From: Vitrella brassicaformis CCMP3155
Taxonomy: Eukaryota; Protista; Chromerida
Direction: 5' to 3'
Assembly: GCA_001179505.1 (NCBI GenBank)
Contig: CDMY01000422.1
Span: forward strand, 1-64,000
Length of the DNA: 64,000 nt
In this document: piece after piece, positions 1-11,000 of the stretch
Layout of the letters: each line of letters begins with the position of its first letter
Numbering within the stretch: position 1 is the stretch's first letter
Translations under genes and position numbers: made by a program
The notes under the pieces: generated by a model
What the model saw: only the letters and a program-made list of their open reading frames with translations
Told to the model about the DNA's origin: nothing
The model's database searches: none

Positions 1-163
1 GCTTCAGTGTGTCAAGCTACATAGCTTGGAAGCGAACAGAGAACAACGGCTAGTAGCAAACCCTGATCGGACGCTTCTTGCCCACTGGGCGAGCCAGAGC
101 AAAAACGTCAGGCCCAGTTGCATTCAAGGAAGCACCCTAGGCGCAGGACCCTCCTCTCCGCAG

Positions 164-3100
164 ATGCGGCGCATGCTCCTGATTTCTCCTCTGTGCCTGT
201 TCAGGGAAGAGTGCCACGCCGCCTTCGTGACGGCGCCTGAACCTCTATCCGCCACCTCGCTTCAAAGCGTCAAGTCCCGGAGATCTCCGAGACCCTGTGC
301 TCTGTCAGCCGTCTTTACTGAGCAACATTCCTCTGCCTCATCGTCGCTGAACGACCTCTTGCAGGCGCCCGGCGGTTCAACTTCAACGCGTCTTATCCTT
401 TTCGGGGGCAAGGGAGGGGTTGGGAAGACGACAACAGCAGCCGCAACTGCTGTTCGCTTCGCAGATGAGGGCCTGCGGACATTGATTATTAGTACAGATC
501 CAGCGCACAGCCTCGGAGATGCACTTGGACAGCAACTGCATGCCCCGCCGGATGAGATGACGGCCGTCGAAGGAGTGGACAATCTATGGGCGCTGGAGGT
601 GGACGCGGGGCAGGCTGTTATCGAGATGAAGGCAGCGCTGGAGACTTTCGATGCCATCGAGTTGTCGCGAAAGCTCGGCATCGGAACAACAGTGCTTGAA
701 GGCATCGGAATTGGTGACATGGTGAAACTCTTCGAGAACCCGCCGCCCGGAATCGATGAGCTTGTGGCCATTGCAAAGGTGCTGCAACTGACGAGAGGAA
801 AGGGTGGTGGTAAGCGGACGAATCGTACGCGATCTAATGGTAGTATGTCGCTTTGTCTCAGGAAGTTCCGGGGGCTCTCGATTTGATCGCCTTGTCATCG
901 ATACGGCTCCGACTGGTCACACGTTGAGGCTTCTAGCGGCACCTCAGTTTCTCGACGGCTTTTTGGGCAAAGTGATTAAGCTCAAGAATCAGTTAGACGC
1001 ACTAACGAGAAGTCTGAAGAAAATGCTGGCGTCTGTCAGCGGGGGCACCGAAGGTGCAGAGCCATTGCTTGACCAGGTATCTGGCACGTTTGTGTGGAGG
1101 TGAATGCTGTATCTTGCGTCGTTTATGTGCTGGTATAGGATGCCGCCCTTCAACGTATCGAGGCTCTTAAGGATCGCTTGCTAGGGCTACGTGGCCTCCT
1201 TCGTAACAGCGAAACGACAGAGTTCTGTGTGGTCACGATCCCAACAGAGATGGCTATCGCAGAATCCAAGCGGCTGCTGGCATCACTTAAGGTGGTGCGA
1301 CACCGCATTAGCTCGCAAAAACAACACTCTCTTTCGCGTGTCAATGCGTGCGTATTCAGAAGGAGGGCATTGCAGTCAAGCATCTCATTGTGAACAAACT
1401 GATGACAGCAGGCTCCGCAGAACAAGTCGGAGAGATACAGGAAACTCGCCGGGTGGCTACTCTTGCGTCCTTTGTCGAGCAACTACAGAGCGATCAAGTG
1501 AAGAGCCTGCAACGGCTGCATACACTGGCACAAGAAGCCAACCTGAGGCTCTCATTCGTGCCTTACTTTGATGTCGAGGTGAGTAGAGAAGTGAGACCAA
1601 CACGTCAACCCGCGGGCTTGCGTGGGTGTAGGTGACGGGCCCTCTCGGTCTGAGGTACTTTGGAGAAGAGGCCTTCGGCCGAGCCAATGCTCCCATGTGG
1701 TGGGCACGGCATGCAGCTGGCTTACAGCTGTCCGTGCGGCGTGTGCCCTTGTGTGCTGCAGGTCGGATCTGTTTGAGGACCCTAAGCGCCGTTGTATCAT
1801 CATGGGCGGGAAGGGCGGAGTAGGTAAATCATCTTCCTCAGCAGCACTGGCGATCAAAATGGCTGAAAAAGGGTACGAGGAATTAGCTTCTGTCTTTTCC
1901 TACTCCTTGATGCTATGTGATTCAGTTTCAAGACGCTGGTTGTGAGCACCGACCCCGCACATTCCCTTGGGGACGCACTGAAGGTCAACCTTGGTGGTGG
2001 CCAGCTTGTCAGGATCGACTCGGAGGGTAAGCATGCAGCACAAGGATGAGGCTCACAGACTGCAGCGTGACGCCTTTTAGGTACGGACCTGCGACTATTG
2101 CTGGAAAGCGCTACCAGTAGAGGCCAGCTTTTTGCACTCGAGATCGATACCGAAGTAAGAGAGGAAATCCCAGGACGGTCAGTCGGCGAATGCATTTGGG
2201 TGCTATTCCAGGGTACAGTGGCAGAGTTTCGCGAGGCGCTTTCTACCTCTCTTGCGACTACAAGGGCTTCTCTTAAGAGCAGCCGCAACTTGCGAGCACT
2301 GACGGGCACAGACGGCGTAGGTAAGCGTACGCATGAAGCACGAAGTTTATACACCACTGCAGTTGTCTAGGGTCGTTGTTCGACATCGAGGACCTCTTCG
2401 ATACTGCCCCCCCTGGCACAGACGAACTCGTTGCACTATCAAAGGTACCCAGCTTATAACTCATATGGCCGGCCCTCCTGCACTGCTGTCAGGTGTTTGG
2501 CATCCTGAACCGTCCCACGGATGACGGGCGCCCATTCGATCGTCTGATCATCGATACAGCTCCAACGGGCCATACACTCAGGCTACTTGCATTTCCGGAG
2601 TTCCTCGACAGCTTCTTCCAGAGGTTGCGCGAAATCCGCGATAGGTTCCAAAGTAGTGGCTTCGGATCATTGGGAGCAATGCTGGCAGGAGAGATGGAAG
2701 ATATGGATCTGACCAGAAGGAACGGTGGGCAACCAGAGACGGCTGGGCAGGGCGAAGAACATAATTGGAGGCATAGAATGGTGTTTGTAGACTCTTCATC
2801 GGATGGGGCATCCGGTCGTGATCGTTTGAAGGAGTTCCAGGACAAGATGGCTGAGCTTGATGATCTTTTCCACGATCCCGCACAGGCGGAATTCTGCATT
2901 GTGACCATTCCTACGGGTATAGTAAATGAGCGGTCATGCTATGAGTAAACGAGCACGCTCAGGCGTCTGTGTTCTGCTCAGAGTTGGCAGTGGCTGAGAC
3001 GGAGCGTCTTGTCAAGTCACTCAAACACGAGGGGATGCTCGTCAGACGCCTGATCGTCAACCAGGTAAGTTGTCTCGGTGCCCTATTGCGAGGTGCACAT

Positions 3101-3449
3101 AAGTGACCTTCTTCAGGTGTTTAGTGTAGATGCGGATGAGGACGATGGGCAGAAATTCGCGTCACTATCTGAATACGCGCAGCGCTTCATAGAGGGGCAG
3201 AGCTCAAAGGTTGATGAAATCAACCAGGTAGAGAACGTGACATCTACCCTTTGCACCCTGGTGTCCCTTGTTTGTTTCACCCTGTAGTTGGCGAGGGAAC
3301 GAGGTGTTGGGGTTGTGTACGTGCCTTACTTCGACCGCCAGGTGAGTGGGTATGCATGCCTCTTGGACATTGCCCTGTCTGAATGTCCCTTCCAGATTGA
3401 TGCGATTCAAGGGTTGAGAAGAGTCGGTCATGCACTCTTTACAGGGTAG
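164..3449 (+). CDS. GET3: Tandem two-domain GET3/ArsA-family ATPase (GET3b/c-like) with N-terminal extension; multi-exon; true start may lie upstream
   Basis: Two P-loops (FGGKGGVGKTT, MGGKGGVGKSS), two STDPAHSLGDAL motifs, two DTAPTGHTLRLL switch motifs, PPGIDELVA/PPGTDELVA and two EFC(V/I)VTIPT motifs, joined across GT-AG introns (e.g. 810-861, 1077-1138). Ends ...GLRRVGHALFTG, stop at 3447-3449. Confidence 0.9.
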
Positions 3450-3760
3450 TCACCGACGATATGGACCGTGCCCTGTTGAGTGTACGACAGAGTGTGTTCT
3501 CTGTCTTCTAACTGTTAAGGGAAACTATGTGCATTGACACTTCATTCAGCTGAGGGATTTCAGCATTTCATGAAGAGAACGAGCGTATGTGATTGTAGAA
3601 ACGCGACAGTACACAACGAGAAGGCGTTACTCGAAATCTTCTGCATGTAAGGGACACGTAGTTTGCAGTATGGCACATGTAAGAGTCATTAGTCAACAAC
3701 AGAAAGCGACAATTGCAGTAAGCAATCGGTAAACCCCTCGTTGGAACACAACAAAATCAT

Positions 3761-5595
3761 TCAATCGATGGGTTCCAGAGAAGCACTATCAGCGTCTTCT
3801 CTACCAACGAGCAAAGGGATAGCAGCTTGTCGTACCCTCACATGCACTTCACCACTGTGATCGTAGAATTCACCGTCCACACAGAAACGCCCTGGAGACG
3901 TGAGAAAAATACTGATCTGTCGGACAGCGAACACTTCCACTGCTGGATGGCTGAAGTGAGCTCCTCTGTCAAGCTGGGAAGACCAAAGGAAGAGTGTAGG
4001 GTCCTAAGGAAAAGTGTACTTGCCTGGAGCATCAGGGTTAGCAGCTGTCTCCGAGGAAGCAGTGCTTTCACACACAAGACCTATGTCATACACAGCAATC
4101 GACCTCGTCACAGGCTGGCACTGCATCGAATCTCTTATACCTGTGCGATGCCGTTGTCAAGCTGAGTGTTGAAAGCGACGCGCTTGTTGTCAGTCCAATG
4201 CTGTACAGCATTGTTGTTGATTAAATGACTATGTCGCACGTGTCTCATGATGTAGATCGACTATATAGATGTGCATTGACCAGTACCTGCACTTTATCCA
4301 CTGACAATAAGTGAAGCAACTCAGTCCGCTCACGCTTCTCTCCCTCGGGTGTGACATACTTCATGCGGAACAAATACGCGGGACGTTGCATGATACACCA
4401 AAGTCCGGCAACATCGAACCGCTTTGGGCCTGATATGAGGATAGGAAAAAACATATGTGATGAGGTACGATTTCAGATGGTACGTACCGATCCACCGCAA
4501 CCGCTCAGCAACGAGATTCACGTCCAACAGCATGCCCAGATAGACACCATTGCTCCCCCAAACCTTGCCATCTGCTCGTCCCTCTCCCCCGCCATCGCAC
4601 TCGAGCAGGTCTATGGGCACCGCAACTCCCTGGACGATTCGATTGACAGCCCATCGCACAACATCCTCCATCCCGGAAAGCCCCTTGCTCCACAGCGCAC
4701 GCTCCTTGTTTCGCCCCCCAACAGACATTGGCGCTTGTGGTGCGAACAGGAAGTCGCTTGCGAGAGAGTTGGCAGTCCCCATGGGAACAATGCCTACTGG
4801 GGGAACTCTTAAGACATCGGACGACGGGATAGCAGAACAGTCGAATACACTCATAAGGCCGCCAATGACCTGCCCAGCACGGAAACGTAAAACCATTGCA
4901 AAGAGAATGAGGCTGTGCAAGGATGGATCTATCTACCTCTTGCATGGTTCCATCACCCCCGACCACCACGACGGCTGACACGTCTGCACGATGATCACCG
5001 GGTGGGAGAAGAGGGATTGTCAGGCACTCGGCGGAAGCAGCTTCGGAGGGATCTGGAGTACGAATGGCCAATTGCGCATGAGATGGCTCAAACAGACGCC
5101 GCGTGAGCTGGACGCCAGAACCGAGGCACGTCGTGTATAGCACTTCGATACAAGCACAAGGCAGCGTCTGAAGGAATAGGTAAAAACTCGCATCCTCAGG
5201 CACCACTCCACGTGCATGGTGTCACTAATTCCAACCTGGAGTGTCGGTAGAACAAGGCGCTCCGTTACTTCTCGTCCTCTTCCCGCTCCCGCGGTAGGAT
5301 TGGCTATTATCACCATCCTCGTTCCATCCCAAATTGTCGACGTTGTTCCCCACTTCCCTGACAGTGGCTGATAGTACGGCGCAGAGGCGCCGGAGCTGAG
5401 ACCCTCCGATACAGGGCCTGAAAGCCACACAACTGCTGTAATAACACCTCCGACGAAGGAGATCACTGCCAGAGCTGCCAACAGAGAGGGGACAAAAAGC
5501 GCAGCGGAGAAGCGAGGAAGGCTGATGGCCAAGGACGCGCAGATAGCGGGTTGAACGAAGGTGAAGTAGAGCCACACCCACAATGCGCGCCACAT
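3761..5595 (-). CDS. Diacylglycerol-kinase-catalytic-domain lipid kinase (sphingosine/ceramide kinase-like) with hydrophobic N-terminal segments; multi-exon
   Basis: Motifs IIANPTAGAGRG, VVVVGGDGTMQEV, GIVPMGTANSLA, VPIDLL, ERLRWIG in successive minus-strand exons. N-terminus MWRALWVWLYFTFV...LLAALAVISFVGGVITAVVWL. Last exon ...EDADSASLEPID, stop at 3761-3763. Confidence 0.8.
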
Positions 5596-6288
5596 CAGAG
5601 GACAAGATCTCACGAAACCCGTCCCGCGTCGTTCGCCCTGAGCAGGGCGAAGGTTACACGGGGATTCCGAGTAAGGGGCACCCACGGCGTGGGCGCGCCC
5701 TGGGATCTTTTCCTATTTCTCATTTCATCTAATTTTCTTGTGAAATGCTGTGCAATTGTTATGCCGCGAATCGGGCGGGGGTCGAATGCAGCGTGCGTAG
5801 TGGTGGTTGAATTATGGTTCACAGAGACGTGCACACGAGTGTTTGCATACCGACGCATGCAACAATGGCGAGAGTTTCAAAAACATGAACACAACAATGG
5901 CGAGAGCTCGATAAACATGCAGATCTTTAAGACAGACGTGGCGATAACATGCAGGTACTCAGACTGGCTGCACCAAGTGCACCAAGAACACAAGAAGCCC
6001 CCCCCCTGCTGCTCCCGTTTTCAAGACGTGCTTCGCGAAGTATATCAATGCATCGCTGGATACAATTGGATGTGCCTGTTGAAGGGGCTATCGAAGACTG
6101 CCCTCGATGACTATCAATCGGCTTGTCAATCAAATGCGAGCCGCCAGGATCAGCCCAACGATGACCTGCACCAGCAACGCAACAAGCTAAGTGAAATCGG
6201 CCACAGCCGCGGCACGTCAGATGAAGTAAGCCTCCTGATTGAGTAGCTTCTCTCCGAGTCAAATCTCTCCACACACGGTGGTCACTCG

Positions 6289-6830
6289 ATGAGTGCCGCC
6301 GATCTCACTCGACTGCTGGCGCAGCCGGCGTCCGCGTTCAAGCCGCCTGAGACAGTCTACGACAAGGCCTTCTCCATTGAGTGGGCGAGCCGTTACCGAT
6401 TGAACGAAGAGCAGATGCGGGCGTTCCAAATCATCTGCAGCCACTCCCTGAACCACCACAAAGACCTGAGGGACAACAAATACATCGCGCCATTGCGCAT
6501 GTGCCTTTCACCGGCAACCGTCATGAAAGCCGTGAAGGCTTAGTACAGGCACTTACCGGTGTGGCTGCAGACAACACCGAAGGCTCGAATTCGCTTCTGC
6601 GCCTCTTTGATGACTTCGAGAGTGGCGAGAAGAGGCTACCGCGCCAAGCGGGGCAGCAGCAGACAGATGGTGACCGCATTTGAGCAGAGAGGAGTCCTGC
6701 AAGCATATCCACTACATGATAGTTGGCGAGATCTCTTTCGTCAACCGCCAGAAGCTGGAAAAAAGGCGATGCGGCACTGAGGGACCTGCGAAAAGGCACT
6801 CAAGAAGGACATAAGGGATGGCGATATTTC
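6289..6830 (+). pseudogene. Decayed PIF1-family (Helitron-type) helicase fragment
   Basis: LNEEQMRAFQII...PLRMCLS with the expected GxxGTGKS P-loop missing; then, in other frames, LTGVAADNTEGS (motif Ia-like) and HYMIVGEISFVNRQKLEK (Walker B IxDEIS-like). Interrupted by stops and frameshifts. Confidence 0.75.
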
Positions 6831-7363
6831 GTTTGGAGGGAGTATGATCCTGTATTCGTTTTTGCGTCACGTGTCCTCCCTCCGAACGCGAGCTTTCTAC
6901 GTTCACTTAGGGTACATCAGTTTAACGTTCACTCACATAAAAAAAGTAACACCACACCGCTACCGTTTTTCCTTTTCTCTTTGAACGTTTTGCTTCCGAA
7001 CGCGTTGAAGACTCATTCATTCATTCATTCATTCATCAAGCGTCTCCTATGAGCGCATGAAAATGCATCCATGGAAACGGTCTAGCAACCCTGCGAAAAC
7101 GAGGGCGGCGAGTCCGGCTCACCCCTAGCTGGGTTTCGGAGAAAAATGCCAGTCCGTTTTTACCCCGATGGCGCGGGGTATACTTCCCCCGGGCGAGAGG
7201 AGGTGGTGTGCCAAGTATATGTTGTGGGGGTGCGTGTTGTGTGTGTACTGGTAAGTGTCCATCTCTGTCTGCCTCCCCTCCTGCGTGTGCCAGGTGCCTG
7301 CCTCCCTCTCCAATAAAAGAGCCGCATGCACACCCTCCGTCGCCTCGTGTCTCAGTTTAATTG

Positions 7364-7445
7364 CCGGGTTGCCTCGCGTTATGCGTGAAGAGACCGGGTT
7401 GCCACGCACTATGTAAGAGTGTCGGGTTGTCCCGTATGCATGCAA
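7364..7445. repeat. Three imperfect ~28-30 bp tandem units (CCGGGTTGCC...TATG...AAGAG) inside the element
   Basis: Units begin at 7364, 7394 and 7422. Confidence 0.6.
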
Positions 7446-8023
7446 GTGTGTTCATGGGCGTACGGATATCGTAGAAGTGCGCCGTCCCCTTCGGTGCGCG
7501 CGCGCATGCCTTCTTCTGTCCACTCGTCTGCTACTCGTGTGTTCTTCTGCAGGGACGTGGCTGTCGTGGAAAGGCTCTTCTATCTCGGGCTGAGGACGCC
7601 CCCGTCGCTTCGCGGGGCTTTCCACTGCAAATCGCACATCGTTGTAGCCGTCAGGTGGAGGCGGATGCAGCGGCGAGGTTTTGGAGGCGTCATTCGGGCA
7701 TACAGAGGAGAGTTTCCTCCTTCTTGTCATGATCGTCTGCGAGCTCACACACAACATGCGTGTTCTCACTCGCCCTGCAGTGAGGCATGCTTGGCGTCCT
7801 CGAAGGTCAACAGCATCTCCCACACCGAAGGTATTTTCGTGTATTTTCGCGCAAACGTAACACAAAAACATGAAGCTTCTTTTGTTGATGCATTGCCGTG
7901 TCCATAGTATGTAGAAGCAACACGTCACGGCTACTGATTTGCCTTTTCCTCTCATACGATCGTGATCGAACGTGGACGCGTTGTTTAGACGCAAATTGGC
8001 ACTAGCCCAATTCGCGGAAGACC

Positions 8024-11000
8024 ATGGCGTCACTTCGCCCGCCACCGGCTGGTGCAGCATCAGGGAGCAAAGCTGCTCTTACGGAGCCCCCCAATGGCAA
8101 GAGCATCATCGCCCCCCCAAGCCCCAAGGACGCTAAAAAAAAAGACCGGCGCATCATCAAGGAGTTAGTCAACGAATCGGCACCGTCAAGGCCAAAGAGG
8201 ATTCGCCGCATCAACCCCTTCCTAGCGTCTATTCCAGAAGAGACCGAGGCCGACCTGTCGGATGAGCCCCCCGGCAAGCAAAAAAAGAGAGACGGGATGG
8301 AAGGGCCCGAAGGGCTGGGCTTGCAAGAAAGCGGCATTCCTGACGAGATGATGGCAGCGGTTGACGAAGGAGAGGGAGAGAGCGAGGAGGATGGAAAGCA
8401 GAAGCGGGTGTTCCACATCTATCGCGACATCAAGCAGGACTTCCCTGACCTGCTCAAGATATATTTCAATCGTGTCAAGACCACAGAGGAGTTCTTCGAG
8501 TACTTCATCCACCAGCTGGAGAGCCCCAAAGCGAGAGACAGATGGATCGTCACCAAATACCTGGGGGTGAGGAGTCGGGTAACCGACGACTCACCGCTGG
8601 AACTGTACTTGTCCTGCCATGATGTGCAGGTCATTGCGATTTGCGATGCCAGCTCAGCTCGCCTGTTCGGTCAGCTCAAGGGAATGGACCCACTGCTCAA
8701 GTGTCTCAAGACAAATGATGACCTGCAGGAGCACATCCCCAGCCTGCTCGCAACTCTCTGCGTTGACGACAAGAACCGCCTCGCAGTCATCAACAAGGGC
8801 GGCCTCAACAGCCTTCTGCGCATCTGCAAGAAGTTCCTTCATGCTCCAACGCATCCCCAGCAAAGTATGGCAGGGAAGCCTGCGGCGGGTCAGCCGTCAT
8901 CGGCTCCTCCCTCTGGCGCTCCTGCCACCGGCATGGATGTGTGTGCAACCGCCCACTCTGTGTCTCAGCGTCTGGTGTCGGCATCGTTTGCCTTGGCCTC
9001 GTTGGCGGCATACGACGACAGCGCTTCAAGACTATCGGAACATCTGGTAGCCGTTCAGTAGGAAGCGGGTGCCGTGAGCGTGGGCCGTGGGGGATGGATG
9101 GCATGCACTTGTGCGCAGGGCATCACATCCTTTCTGGAGTTGTGCAGCCATCCGTCTCCAGTGATTCAGACCAGCACGGCCTCTGCCTTGTGCCTGCTTA
9201 CTCAGTCCGATGCAAATCAGAGCATGCTCGTCTACAAAGATGGCCTAGCCCTTATTGGTATAGTGCGCGTGTCCTCTTGATATTGTCGTCACGACTGGTG
9301 CTGGCTGTTTCAGGCCGAATGATTCTTTCGTCGAGTGATCCCCGTGTGTTGCAGTGGACATCGGCCACTCTCGCTAATCTTGCTAGAAATCCCATGAACA
9401 TCCGGCAGATGGTGCGGCCACACGTGTTGGAGACCATACATGCCGTCGCCACGTCAAACATCCCAATCGTCAGGAAGAACGCTGCGTGGACGCTGCTTTT
9501 CTTGTCACTCCACAAGGCAGGTGCATGCGACATATGGGTCTCTGCTCCTTCATTTGCCATTGCTTCTCTCCCTTCTTCCAGGTGCCTGCTCAGAGCTTCT
9601 CGGTCGAGGCCAGTGCAGGCATGGAGCAACGAACATCACAGAGCAGCGATGGCACGGCAGAACCATCATCCGGTACGACAAGCAGTGCTGCTGACAACCT
9701 CAGCGTGGCGCCATCGGATGTCAAGAGTGAGATCAGCGCCGGCCACGATGAACCGCATGACGAAGGCCGGCCGTCTTCACCTCTGCCTGAGGTCAGCGAA
9801 GCCGGTGAGTCGAGTAGCCTCTGTCGTCACGGCAACCCCATCTACATGAGTTGGACCCGGGATATGCTGGTGCTGAGTTTGGGCCACGGGCCAGGGGCAA
9901 GCGAGGGGGGCGAGCAGCGGCAGGCTGAGCAGGGCACACTGCACATCCTGCATCTGGCTTTTGCCAACTTCACGGCCATCGAGAAATACAGATTTGTCAA
10001 CCCTCCTGTCGTCCAGCAGTATATGGTTAGCAGTTGAGTGTGCCTCTTTCATAGTGGCCATTCGCATTGTGTGCTGTCGTCTGGCCGTTCTGTGTCAGTC
10101 CGCTCTGCGTGCCAAGCAGGATCTTGTGCAAGACACGGCAGCTTCATTCATATTCAGTGTCGCTCAGAAAGAGCCACAGGAGCTGCTGAAGGTTAGGCTT
10201 CTCCCACACCACAGTGCATGAATGGACATGGTGTCCGTCTGTGTCTCTCCGCTGTAGTAGGCCCTGATATCTCTTGCATGTGACAGCGACTCGACCGTTT
10301 CCCGAGTCGCCTTGTGGACTATCGCCACCCTGTTCCTCAACAAGCAGTTCTACCAGACTGTACTGGACAACGGAGGTCACGTCACCACACATTGACTATC
10401 TCACAAGCACTAGACTAGTCGCATCCGAGCCCAACAGTCCATTGTTATATTGCGCTTCAGGCATAACTCCCCTGATCCTCTTCACTGCCCACCGCAACCC
10501 AGAGATCCAACAGCTGTGTGCGAGGACTTTTGTCCGCGTTGCGCTGGACAAGGCCCTTTTTGTCAGGGTCAAGGACCTCAATCCCATCGCTGGCCTCCTC
10601 CTGCTCTGCGACTCAAAAGTCACCGAGAGAAATGCATGGAAATCTCAACCACAATGATTAAATGAATGAATGGATTCATCTGCATGTTATATGTAGGAGC
10701 CGGAAGTGCGTCGCAGCGCCATCGTCTGCCTGTGGATAGCATCCATCATCGCAAAGGAGAATACGGTAGGCGAACGAGGGGGGGCGCATTGGGGATGTCG
10801 ATTGTTGTGTCACCTTGATGCAGGAGATGACAGCGTCGATTCTGTCGAGCTGCCACATGGATATTCCGCCAGGGCAGCTGAGGGATGTGCTCCTATCCAA
10901 ACTCGAGCCAGCAGCAGACACCTTCAGGCGAACACACAAACTGCCCTCGGTCAAGACACGGAGGGGGACCCGACAGCCGCACCTCACTGTATGTGTCTGT

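Larger units (their letters stand above)
5664..8018. mobile_element. Non-autonomous Helitron/Helentron-like element, copy 1 (2355 bp)
   Basis: Both ends are homologous to 48073-49276. Inverted 13-mers CCGCGAATCGGGC (5764-5776) and GCCCAATTCGCGG (8005-8017), GC hairpin at about 5675-5699, and an internal decayed PIF1 helicase. Ends are defined by the empty site at 30536/30537. Confidence 0.8.

Noticed and set aside
164-3449. Bacterial ArsA arsenite pump or horizontal transfer
   Set aside because: The gene has many spliceosomal introns, GET3b/c-like motifs and no ars operon genes.
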